NCBI GenBank assembly: GCA_016748015.1
Contig: JAAOMT010000675.1
Location: 186,001 to 250,000 of the forward strand
DNA from: Geosiphon pyriformis uo1
Taxonomy: Eukaryota > Fungi > Glomeromycota
Length of the DNA stretch: 64,000 bases
Reading direction: 5' to 3'
The notes beneath the pieces are model-generated. The model worked only from the letters and a program-made list of their open reading frames with translations, searched no databases and was not told the DNA's origin. Below, piece after piece: positions 51,701 to 64,000 of this stretch (positions within the stretch are counted from its first letter, which is position 1; each line of letters starts with the position of its first letter). A program made the position numbers and the translations under genes.

Positions 51701-54270
51701 ACATGTGACGCAACTTGCCAATACACAATCCTCATCTGTGACTGGGTAAGAGGAGGAACACCATTCGAAGCAGTGTTTAACAGAGCATTAAAAAGACTAC
51801 AGCACTACCCACACAACGAGGACAAGTTGTACAACACCGCACAAGCCAAAGTAAGAGGAGGAACCACCGAAGAAATACGACATTGGAAAAAGTCAGCCGA
51901 AGTAGCCGACAAAGTCGCCAGCTACAACATGTTCGACCCAGTGGACGAATTCCAGGACTACTACTAACAACTATGCCCCACTCGACAAGAGCAAGAACAA
52001 TACCTCGCCCAAATCAACACTTACCTCTGTAAAAATTGTCTCATCCCATGCCAAAGTCAGTGCTGTGAAGAGTGTCAAGACGAAAGGGACTTAGAAAGAA
52101 AAATGGAAATTGAGAATCAGCAGTCTCAAAATCAATCAATAAATCAACAAGACTCACCTAATGGTCCCAAGTCAGAAAAATTTGTAGCCTATACTGACCT
52201 AGAACAGGTGACCGACATCCAATACTTTGACAACAGGCACTTAGGAATAATACCCGAAAGAGCCCATTCAACCGACGCCGGATTCAATCTACATTATCCG
52301 GAAGACCAATCCACAACGTTACCACCCAAAAGCATCACCAAAATCAACCTAAAAATAGCGGTTGAAATTCCGCCAGGAATAATGGTTCAAATGGCATTGC
52401 AATCAAGCCTCGCGAAAAAAGGAATAAGCGTTCAAGGAGGAGTAATTGACTCTGGATACACTGGAAATTTGATGGTTTTGCTACAGAACAATTCAGAAAA
52501 GCCTTATACCATTGAATCTAAGGAAAAGATTGCACAAACAATTTTCCTACCATTGGTAAAAATTGGGAAATTTGTGTCAGTGGAAAATCGTGAGGAATTG
52601 TTACAAACAACGAGAGGAACTTTTGGTTTCGGATCGACAGGAAAAGGAATTGAAGCAAATTTCGCTAAAACAATAGGGGAAAAAAGCAAAGTAATTAAAA
52701 ATAAGCGGTCCATCACGCTCCTACCATATGGAAAATCAGAAATAAGAATAAAAAGGACAATTAAAGAAAAAGACTTAATATTTGAGCCCTACTCAGAAAC
52801 TTGCCAACAGTTTCTCATAGGACTTACTAACCTTTTTATTCCAGCTGATAAAGCTCAATGGATAAAAATTTCTATTACAAACACCACAGAAGAACCCGTC
52901 TACATTCTGGAAGATACCATCATTGGATACCTCGGAACGGAGCTAGAAAACACATCAACACCACAAGAAATTCTAAATTTCCCAGAAATCGCCCTCTACT
53001 GTGAACTCACTTCAATAAATTGGCAACAACCGGTAGAATGCTATCAATTTACACCAGAAGAATTGGCCAAATTAAACATTGGAACAATGGATCCTGACCA
53101 ACAGCGACAATTAAAAGCATTAATTTTAAAATACTCTGATATATTTTCAAGAAATGGCGAATTTGGAAGAACCAACTTGGTTCAACACCAAATCCCCACT
53201 GGAGACGCCAGATCTGAAAAACAACGCGCTTACCGTGTCCCACCAATGGAGCATAATTTTATCAGAGAAGAAGTCCAAAGCATGTTGGAAAAAGGAATAA
53301 TACAACCATCAATGAGCCCATGGTCCTCACCAGTTGTTTTAGTAAGGAAAAAGAACAGAAAAATTAGATTTTGCGTCAACTATCGCAAACTAAACAGCAA
53401 AACAACCAAAGACTCATACCCAATACCATTAATTGACAAAATCTTCGATGTTTTTGGAGGAGCAAAATGGTTTTCTACACTGGACTTGACCAGTGGGTAC
53501 TGGCAAGTGGAAATGAACCCAAAAGACAGGCATAAAACAGCATTCACAATACAAAATGGCAATTATGAGTTCAAAATAATGCCATTTGGATTAACAAATG
53601 CTCCCGCGACATTCCAAAGACTAATGGACGTAATTTACACCGGAATCCTGTAGCAATCCATTGTTGTCTACTTGGATGATACAAATGTTTTCTCGTCAAA
53701 ATTCACGGATTATCTCCAACATTTACAACAAGTTTTTGAGAGATTGAGACATGCTGGACTTAAACTAAATCTAGAAAAATGTTTCTTTGGGAAAAATGAG
53801 CTAGCATTTTTAGGACACGTAGTTGGAAAAGATGGAATAAAACCAGATCCATCAAAAATAGACAAAGTGAAAAATTTTTCAGTACCTCGAAACGTCTCAG
53901 AAGTTAGAAGCTTTTTAGGACTTGCATCTTACTACCGCCACTTTGTAGAAAACTTTTCAAACATCGCCAAACCTCTTAATTACCTACTATCTAAAAATGT
54001 GAAGTTTGAATGGACTGAAGCACAACAAAAAGCTTTCGAGTACCTTAGACAAAAGCTCATTGAATCACCAATAATGATTTATCCGAATTTCAACAAGAAA
54101 TTCATTTTGGCCACAGATGCCTCTGGAACTGGACNNNNNNNNNNNNNNNNNNNNAAGGAAAATACGCCAGATGGTCACAAACGTTAGCACCATATGATTA
54201 TATTATCAAATACAAAGAAGGTACCAAAAATGCTAATGCCGACTGTTTGTCAAGAATGAAACACACATAA
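48766..54270 (+). pseudogene. G5 polyprotein (gag to RNase H)
   Basis: Highly similar to G4; the 516-aa fragment 52103-53653 fuses dUTPase to RT in one frame. Confidence 0.9.
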
Positions 54271-54299
54271 AAATCACCAACCCACCCGCCACAACAACA

Positions 54300-54626
54300 A
54301 TGAACAACCACCTTTACAAAAACCTCAGCCAATACTTGGAAACACTACAAATAGACGAAGAAATGCCAATAAAAGAGCTAATTAAGCTCCAAAAATTAGC
54401 AAAACACTATTTCATCCAAAATCACATCCTTTATTACCGGAATCAACAAAATCCAGATAATCCATTAAGAGTTATAACTACAGATGAAAAAGAAACTATC
54501 TTATTTAACATGCACTCAGATATTCATTCAAGCCACTTTGGAAAAACAGCAACCATCCAACGTGCAACTAGCCATTACTATTGGCCAAAAATGAGCTCAG
54601 ACATAATCCAATACATAAGAAATTAA
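54300..54626 (+). pseudogene. G5 integrase N-terminal fragment
   Basis: MNNHLYKNL...; joined directly to the pre-PPT sequence. Confidence 0.85.
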
Positions 54627-56371
54627 CTTCGATTTCGACGGAGCTCAATCTTGAAAGGAGGGGATAATATTACAGTTTAAGAATTTAGAAAAAAGAATCA
54701 TAAAAATAATACAAACTATTCAATCATAATATAGCACAATAATAATCTTAGAAAGGTAATGATTAACATAGTAGCAAACACCATCNNNNNNNNNNNNNNN
54801 NNNNNACATGCTGGACTTAAACTAAATCTAGAAAAATGTTTCTTTGGGAAAAATGAGCTAGCATTTTTAGGACACGTAGTTGGAAAAGATGGAATAAAAC
54901 CAGATCCATCAAAAATAGACAAAGTGAAAAATTTTCCAGTACCTCGAAACGTCTCAGAAGTTAGAAGCTTTTTAGGACTTGCATCTTACTACCGCCACTT
55001 TGTAGAAAACTTTTCAAACATCGCCAAACCTCTTAATTACCTACTATCTAAAAATGTGAAGTTTGAATGGACTGAAGCACAACAAAAAGCTTTTGAGTAC
55101 CTTAGACAAAAGCTCATTGAATCACCAATAATGATTTATCCGAATTTCAACAAGAAATTCATTTTGGCCACAGATGCCTCTGGAACTGGACTTGGAGCCA
55201 TTCTGTCACAAAAAGATGATAATGGAAGAGAACGTGTAATCGCTTATGCCAGCAGAAGTCTCAGTACGGCAGAACAAAACTACGCAGCACATGAACTTGA
55301 ATGCTTAGCAGTAGTCGGGANNNNNNNNNNNNNNNNNNNNACACATCAGGCAATTGCAAGGATAGCCTCAGAGAAGACCCCAAACAGTGGGTAGATTTCA
55401 GTTCAGCCTCTGAGAAGGAGTACATAAACACACACAACAATCAAGAATTAAAGAATAACTTACATCACAACAGTAAAAAGAAAGCCTTCAGTGTAACAGT
55501 GACATTATCACACAAATAGAATTGAGAAACTCACAAAAGACTGATTGCAATTAAAGCGGGATATCAGCAATTAAATATAACAAGAAAACCATTCCATAAC
55601 AGCGATAGTGGCAAGCACCAGTTCACAATAGCAGCCAACACCAACTGGTGATAGCAGCAAACACCAGGTTGAAATATCAAAAAGAAAGTATTTTCTCGTA
55701 GAACTACAAACATGTATATATACAGTAGTTTTAATATTGAGAAATAATCAATCAAGTAATAAAAATCATAACTTATCAAGCAACAGATCCAATTTTATCC
55801 AACAAACTCCACTTTAAATCATACTTTCAAATTAAATATCCCAAGAAACCTTTAAAAATCAAAAAGAAATGAAAAAGAATATTTAAAATGGAACTATCAC
55901 AACCCAAAGTATTAAGAAACTTACTTGTATTATTTATTGAATAAAACTATCATTCATCAACTGAATCCCTTGGAAGAATAATCCTTGATCAAGATTATTC
56001 ACGTTGTTACTAATTGATAAAAGCTTTATTGTGAGAATTAGAAAAGCACTAAAGACCATTAACATTCTGTGTTTCTAGATTAGAGAAACACATCAGGCAA
56101 TTGCAAGGATAGCCTCAGAGAAGACCCCAAACAGTGGGTAGATTTCAGTTCAGCCTCTGAGAAGGAGTACATAAACACACACAACAATCAAGAATTAAAG
56201 AATAACTTACATCGCAACAGTAAAAAGAAAGCCTTCAGTGTAATAGTGACATTATCACACAAATAGAATTGAGGAACTCACGAAAGACTGATTGCAATTA
56301 AAGTGGGATATCAGCAATTAAATATAACAAAAAAACCATCCCATAACACCATTCTATTTTTAAAAAGTAAT

Positions 56372-56488
56372 TGTTGATTTAATTAATAATTTGATTATTA
56401 ACTTAATCATTAACTTAATCATTGATTTAATTATTAACTTGATTATTGATCTAATTGTTAACTTAGTCATTAATCTAATTATTAATCA
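56372..56488. repeat. Degenerate ~12-bp tandem repeat (TTAACTTAATCA), about 9-10 units
   Basis: ttgatttaatta/ataatttgatta/ttaacttaatca/ttaacttaatca/ttgatttaatta/... Confidence 0.7.
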
Positions 56489-57899
56489 CTTTTAATAGCT
56501 ATATAAACAATAAATTTTTTAATAATAAAAAAACATGATTAAAATAACCAAATAAAATTTACTATAAATTACTTCTTCTTATATTACTTATTTTTTTTCT
56601 ACTTTTAAGTATTTGAATATTTTAAAATAAAAGATTATTTGTTGGTATTTACATATCTTAATTTTTTTTTCTTAATTTATATTGTTAAAATTAGTTTAAG
56701 AAATAATTATTTGCTTTTGTAATTTATTAAATAAAAAAACAATTAAAAAGCACAATAATATTTTTTATTAATTTTAAAAATTGTTAAGTTAAGACATAAA
56801 ATAATAGCAATAATGTTTTTTTGTTGACAATTATGGACTATTTTTTTATCTTTAAATTTTTAGAAAAGATTTATAATTGTAATTTTTATAAAACTGATCA
56901 TGTATATTGAATTCTTACTTATTCAATTTACTTTCTTATTATAATACCAAAAAAATCAAATATTTATTATTATCAATAAATTTTTGTCTATTATATAAAA
57001 AATTTAACCAACTTAAAATTTTTAAATACAAAACTTTTAAATTTATTTATTTAATTATAATATCAATTTATAAACTAATATATTATATAACTAATTATAA
57101 TATTTGGTGTTTTTTATAAGATATAATTTACAAAAAACAAAAACACTAATAAAATTAATTTGCAAAAATAGCAAAATTATAAATTATAAAAGCAAATTAT
57201 CTGAAATTCACAAAATTTTTATTTTAATACTACAAAAAACATTTAAAATTATCTAATAACAGCTTGTTAACTAAATTAATTTTTAATTTTTATATTAATA
57301 AAAAACCCAGAAATAGCAAAAAAAATTATAAAAAATTAATATAATATATTAATTTTTTATATAATTACAACTTTGTATTAATAATTATAAAAATAAACTA
57401 CAAAATTGAATTATATATTCCAAAAAAAATAAGTTATAAATTTTATAGTTATTTTAAAAAAAATTTAATTATTTATTTAAAAAAACTATAAATTATCTTA
57501 TCAATGAATTTATTATACTATTATATTCTAAAAAATACAATTAAAATTCCAATAAAAAATATATTATTATTATTTATTATAAAGCCAAAAATCATATAAT
57601 TTTTATTTTATAATAATCTTAAAAATTTTAATTTACTTAAAAAATATGTTATATTCTTTAAAAAATTCAAATTACAATTATTTATATCTTTATTTTTTTA
57701 ATTTTTATTAATAACTAAAAAAATATTAATTTAAAAAAAAATTAAAGATTAAAAAAATTTTATAAAAACTCAATCTTAAAACTTATTGTTATTTAAATTT
57801 CAAAAATAATTAAAAATTCAGTTATTTAAAATTCAATTATTTAAAATCTGCTAAATTTAAACTTAATTACACCAATATATTTATTACCAATTTTATTTT

Positions 57900-59023
57900 T
57901 TTTACATATACTTTTATTATTAATTATATTAATAATATATATATTTATTGTTTAATTTGAAAATTTTATTAACAAAAAAAATAATACATAAATTTGGCTT
58001 AATAATATAAAAAAAACTATTATTATAAACAATTAAAATAATATCAAAACAATATAAACAATTTTTTAATTTTTTTAAAACATGATAAATTTGTAATATT
58101 AAAATTTAATTATAAGATTCAACATATTAATATTCTTAAAACAGTATTTTTACAATATTTTAATAATTACAATAGTATTATTAGATTGTAAAAACATTTT
58201 AATATTATAAACAAAAAAATAATAAAGTTGTTATTATTTATTAGAATAATTCTATTATTATTTATATTAAATTCAAATAATAAATGCCAATTATTACATT
58301 AAATTATAGATTTTAAATTAATTTATTAAAAATTATATAATAATATCTTTAAAAAAATATACTTATTATATCTAATTAATTTTTAAGCAATAATTATACT
58401 GACTAAAAATTTTAAATTGGCCAAATTAAAAACAAATCACATTTAAATTATTAATTTAATAATAAATAAATTATCTAAACTAAATACTAAACAAAAACAA
58501 TTTAATTAATCTATAAATCAAAAATTAAAAAAATATTTACCTAATAATTAAACAATATATTGATTTTTTTAATGTTACAAAAGCAATTAAAACAATAATT
58601 ATGCTTAATATTAATTATAATAATTATTGTTAAATTAATAATATAAATAAAATTAATTATAAATTAGAGTTAAATAATTAACAATTAAAAATTTGAGTAT
58701 AAAAACTCTAATTATTATATTAAACTTAAACTACAAAGTTATAAATTTACAAAAATAATATTAATATTAGTTTTATTATAACAAATAATATGATTACAAC
58801 TAAAGTTAATATATATATTAATTTTATATTAATTACAATAATTTTAAAGTATATATTAATTATAATTATAAAAACAACTATTATAATTATAATAAATATT
58901 TTAATATAATTTTTAGTTTAAATATTAAATAATAATTTAAGACCAAAAATTATTTAACAAAACTGATAATTGGTAAATTATTTATTAGTTGATTTTTAAT
59001 AATGTTAATTAATAACAAAAAAC
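57900..59023 (+). mobile_element. Hypermutated gag relic of another gypsy copy
   Basis: At 58141 it reads TVFLQYFNNYNSIIRL..F.II, followed by a QILNQFI-like segment; left boundary uncertain. Confidence 0.5.
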
Positions 59024-62000
59024 TATTACTAATAAAATTTAAGTTATAAATTAGCATAAAATTATTTTTATAATTTCTATATTTAATTAATAACTTAATT
59101 TGTATAAAACACATATATAATTAAAATATAATAATTAGATTATATAATATTTCGAATTATATAATATTTAAAATTCATTAAAATATTTAAAAATTTGATA
59201 AAATGCCTAATAGTTTACAAAATAACTTGTAGTTTAATAAAATATATTTTTAGTTTACTAAAATATTTAAAAAAAAATGCTAAATTATAAAATAGTACTT
59301 TAATAAATTGATTAAAAAAAAACTTCTTTTTTTAATAAATATATCTTATTTAGAATTAAATTTTATTTTAGATATTTTATTTTAGAATTAACAATTAGTT
59401 ACTACAAATTAATACAATAATATTACTTTAAAATTATCTATTTTTAATTAATATTTTGAAATTAATTAACTATTAATTTTAATAACCATTAATAATTTTC
59501 AAATTTGGTTTCAAAACAATTTTTTTGAATCTATTTAATATTTTTTTTTAGTTTATTTTTTTTTATTTTTTTTATATTATTGGATAGTCTACAATTAAAA
59601 TTTTCTGTAAAAAAATTGACTATTATAGCAAAGTAATTACATATTATTTAAAAAGCTTACAAATAAATTTTTTTTATAAAAAAGCTGACTTTTATTACAA
59701 AGTAATTGGCATAAAATTGGTTATTTTATTATAAGTTTAACAGTAAACACAGTTTAAAATATAGAAAGATACTTTAAAAAAAAATTAGCTTATTAAAAAT
59801 TTATTAATTTTTATTAACAACAGAATTAACAAAAAAATAACATTAACAACATCAAAAAAAGTAAAAAAACCTTTAATATTTTTTAAAGTTCTTTTAAAAA
59901 TAATACAGCAATAATTAAATTAAAATGATAACTGTATTTAACATAATAACTTTAAAATATTATCAGTCAATTTACATTTATTATAAACAATAATTTAAAA
60001 TTCAAAACAAAATTATAGTTGTTAAAAAAACACTTTTTTAATATATTAAAAACTAGATCAATAATTATTTTTTTAAAAACTATAATATTACAGAAATCAA
60101 AAAAATTTTCTTAAAAATTTATTTTATTATTCAAATAAAAATTTAGAAGCTATTAGTACAAATATTTGTGTTACTTATTTCCAAGAACTTGACTACAATA
60201 TTATTAAGTTTTATAAAAAAAATATTTTATTGATTTATAATTTGTTTTTGAATTAGAATTAAAACCAAAAACAAACAGCAAAGAAAAACAAAAAAAATTT
60301 GACCAATTCAAATAACATCTAATATTCTAAAAACAACATTTAAATACTTGTAAATATCTAAACAAAAAACAAATATTAAATTTTTTTTTTTAATTACACT
60401 ATTTTTAGTTTTATTTCTCTAAGCACAGATATTTAATTTATTACTTAATTATTTTTTAAGACTAAAAAACTTTATAAAAAGTCTTATTCAACAGCCAAAA
60501 ATAATTTATACAAATATTAATCTTTTTGATTATTTAGCAAAAAATTAAAGTAAACACTTAAAAATTTTAGCCAATAATGAGAATATTTTTAAACTTATTA
60601 AAAAAAAAACAAAAAAAAAACAAAATAGAAAACAAAAAATTACAAAAAAAATGACTACTGTTTATATTATAAAAATTTTTAATTTTTTTGAAAAAAACAT
60701 TAAAATTAGTTTTTAAAAATTTAAATTTTTTTTTGCAAATTGGCAAGCTTTTAAAACTGCTTTTTTTAAGTAATTTACAAACAACATTTTAATTACTTTC
60801 TGTAAATATTTTCAAAATATCAAACAAAAATTATCTGATTCTATTATAACTTATATTAAAAAATTCAACAAACTTCTTAAAAAAATTTGCCAGTTAAAAA
60901 TCAATACTTATTACATAATTGCTTAAATTTTGAATTAATTTATTGTTAGACTCAAAAACAAGTTTATCAAAAAAGTTTGTCCATATGTTTTAACAAATTT
61001 AATTATTGTTATTTAATATGTTAAAAACTATAAAATAACAATAAAAAAAGTAAATTATATCAAACTTATTAATCTAGCTATTAAAAAAACCAGTTTTATA
61101 GCTGAAAAAAAAACTGACTAATTTATTAAAAAAATCGAAACTTATTTTGCTAATTAACAACAAAAATATTAATTATTACAATAATAAAATTCTATTAATA
61201 TGCTATTATTAAGTAATAATTTAAACTAAAATTCATATTATTACTACTGTGAAATTTTAGAACATTAAAAACATAATTGCCAAAAATATAAAGAAATTAA
61301 TAAAAATAAAATAATTAATTTTTTTTTTAATAATAGTAATTACTATTTATTACTATTATTATCTATTTATTATTTTTTGAAATTTCAGTCTAATTATTAT
61401 TAACTTATCTTATTTTACTTTAATTTTAACAACAACAATATTAGTTATCTCCAATATTAAGTTATTAATTATTAGCAAAAAAATTGATTTAACCAAATTA
61501 ATTTATATTACAAAATTATTTTCAATTAAATAACAACTAAGTTAATTTTAATAATCAATTAGTGTTTTGTAATAATAATTAACAACCACCTAAATACTTC
61601 CACACTTAATTCAATTATTTAACAATATCTAAAAACCAAAATTTTTATTATACTGTACTTCTAAAAAGTAAAACTACAGTTCAACAACAAAACTTTTTCA
61701 GCAATACAACAATTTTATTAGCAAAAATAGCTAAAAATACCAACTTATTAAACATTTTTTTATTTAAATTTGAAGTCAATAAATTATTATTTCTGTTAAA
61801 TAATATAATAATTTCTATATAAAAAGTAATTACTGTTATATATATTAAAGCTTAAGTTAAAAAAAAACCAATTTACTTAATTTTAAACAGTAAATCTATT
61901 AAAAATATTATTATTTATTAATTAATACAACAATTTAAATAAAATATTAACAAATCTGCTCAAACAATAATTGTTATTGTTAATAATATAAAAAAACTTC

Positions 62001-63170
62001 TATAAAAAAAAATTGACAATTTTTTTTTATAATTAACAAAAATATCATTTTAATCAAAGTTTTTATTATAAATATACTTTAATATTAAGTTTTTATTAAA
62101 AATAATTGACTTTTTAAATCTAATGCAAATTTAAATTAAAAAACCCAAAAATTAAAGATTTTATACTAAAAACAACAGATTAAAGTATTTGTTATTTGTA
62201 ATACTTTCAACAAATAATTTAAAAAAGTCTTTTTATTTGAATTTAAAAAAAAAAAAACTAATTATCAAAACTTATATGGCACTTAATTTTTAGTCTAATT
62301 AGACTAAAAAAACAGAACAACAGTTATTTAAACAATTATAATCAATATTATAGTCCGAAAATTCAAATTAACAATTTATATTAGCAACAAACAATAAATA
62401 AACCAATAATTGATATGTTTTATACTTAAAACTATAACCAAAAAAACACTTCACATATATTTTATTAAAATATAAAGATTACAATAAAAAGCTTTTATTT
62501 ATAAAAGTTTATATTTTATCAAAAAAAAATACAAAACTTGTACTTATTATTATTTTAAAATTTATTACAAAAAATAATTTAACAGGTTTAAGCAAAATAA
62601 AAAATAAAACAATATATCTTGTTTTATATATAGAGAACTACTACCAAAAAATACAATTAAATTAATATTGTTATGAAAAAAAGAGTCTGTAATTAGATTT
62701 ATTAATATATTCTTTTTATTTTCAAAAAAATAAAATAAAAAACTTCATTTACAATAGCTTACAACAATACTTTTAATGAATTTTACTATTATCTATATAA
62801 TGCTGAAATAATTTATAAATTAATAATAATTTTAATTAATAAAAAATTTAAGAAGATATTTATTAAATAAAAAAAGCAAAATATATTAAATATATTATAA
62901 AATTAGTTAAATTTAATTATGAAAATAAAATTAAACTTTATTATCTAATTTTTAATCATGTTTATTTTCTAAAAAACTTAAATTCAATAATTAAAACAAA
63001 TAAATATTTAGTTTTATAAGAAATATATTATGTTTTATAATAATTAATAATATTTAAAATACTATGTTTTTAATATACTATTATTAATTAAAGATAATTA
63101 AAATAAAATTAAATTTAAATCACACAAAACACAATTAAAATTCCAATAATTTTAATTTACTTTACTAAAA
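59024..63170 (+). mobile_element. Hypermutated family-A relic: LTR (~59024-59879), gag, protease, Cys-rich module; 3' truncated
   Basis: Collinear with G2 12936-17150, e.g. TGGCAAGCTTTTAAAACTGCTTTTTT (WQAFK) and TTTAAATTTGAAGTCAATAAA (FEFEANE). Confidence 0.8.
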
Positions 63171-64000
63171 ACCAATTTGTTTTATAATTCAAATTTCTGT
63201 TGATAACAAAACTATGTTAAAATTTTAAAAATTTACAATTATAATATTTAAATTTTTAGAATTATTTAAGTTTTCTTATTATATCTAAAAATCAAATTTC
63301 TATTAATAATTTGGAATTAAACTTAACCATTTTACCAGTTATTATTACAAAAAACAATATTTTAACAACTATTTTTTTTTTAATTTAAATAAAATACAAA
63401 ACAAATTACTATTTAGTAAAACTGTCTTAAATATTAAAAGCTTATTATTATTATATATATTAATATTAAATTAATAAATATTTTATTAAACTAATTTTAA
63501 ACAGTAGTTTAACAGATAACATAATTATTAAACAACTTTTAAACCAATTAAGTTGTTAATATTTATTATTGTTAATAGATTTACTAAAATTTTTATTGAC
63601 AAAATAAAAACTTTTTTTAAAATTAATAGTATTGTTGTATTTATTAAAGTTTTTATTATAAAAGTTCTATAATATTAAATCCTTATTAAAAATAATTAAT
63701 TATTTAAAATTTATGTTATTTTTAACTAAAATATATAAAAATTTTAATTAAGTTATAATAAATATTATATTTAAATATTAGTAATTTGTAATTATTTTTA
63801 AATAATTACTATTATTAAATACTATTATTAAATTAAAAATAAAAAAGCTTATAATTAAAACTTATTAAGTTTTATAGATTAATAATTTTTATATAAACTT
63901 ATTATTACTATTTATTTAAAAAAACAAAAATAAAACAAAAATAAAACAAAAAAAACCAATTGTTAATATTTTTTCTTATATATTATCAAACCAAAAAAAC
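63171..64000 (+). mobile_element. Hypermutated gypsy protease-region relic
   Basis: ATTAAACTAATTTTAAACAGTAGTTTAACAGATAACATAATT corresponds to IKLILDSGSAGSII after transitions. Confidence 0.6.

Larger units (their letters stand above)
48367..55601 (+). mobile_element. Ty3/gypsy G5 (family B), internally deleted, nested in the G4 3' LTR
   Basis: LTRs 48367-48683 and 54668-55601 (both gapped); TSD ACGA/GCGA at 48363-48366 and 55602-55605; PBS at 48684; PPT ~54653-54667. Confidence 0.88.
39270..56348 (+). mobile_element. Ty3/gypsy G4 (family B), full length, with G5 inserted in its 3' LTR
   Basis: 5' LTR 39270-40136 (867 bp); 3' LTR 48243-48366 plus 55606-56348 (sum 867 bp); TSD CCAT at 39266-39269 and 56349-56352; PPT 48228-48242. 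Confidence 0.93.

Noticed and set aside
54806-55320. RT/RNase H segment inside the G5 3' LTR (ORF 54759-55394)
   Set aside because: Lies between two N gaps and duplicates 53749-54134; a scaffolding artefact.
56907-57119. 70-aa ORF in AT-rich DNA, and the many short antisense or alternative-frame ORFs in the track
   Set aside because: Composition-driven or shadows of TE coding strands, with no motifs or independent conservation.

Overview
This is a eukaryotic, AT-rich transposon graveyard with no recognisable host gene. It is most likely fungal; from memory the families resemble Glomeromycotina repeats such as those of Geosiphon, which I have not verified. It holds five Ty3/gypsy-type LTR retrotransposons in two families: family A (G1 <1-6280 +, G2 12936-31497 +, G3 18220-27072 -) and family B (G4 39270-56348 +, G5 48367-55601 +). 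It also holds two APE-RT LINEs (L1 6281-10965 -, and L2 11151-36515 +, which also carries RNase H) and extremely AT-rich relics of older gypsy copies. The elements are nested (relic LTR > L2 > G2 > G3; L1 > G1; G4 3'LTR > G5), with target-site duplications readable at most junctions. All copies are riddled with C>T/G>A stops. Comparing copies reconstructs an unusual gypsy architecture shared by both families. One long ORF runs: GUG-started Met-free N-terminal domain, Gag, protease, ~220-aa Cys-rich module, dUTPase, degenerate dUTPase-like repeat, RT, RNase H, STOP. The integrase follows as a separate AUG-initiated ORF behind a G-poor (CAA)-rich spacer of variable frame. A third conserved ~235-aa non-env ORF ends at or beyond the PPT. 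Several N gaps and misplaced contigs affect G3, G4 and G5.
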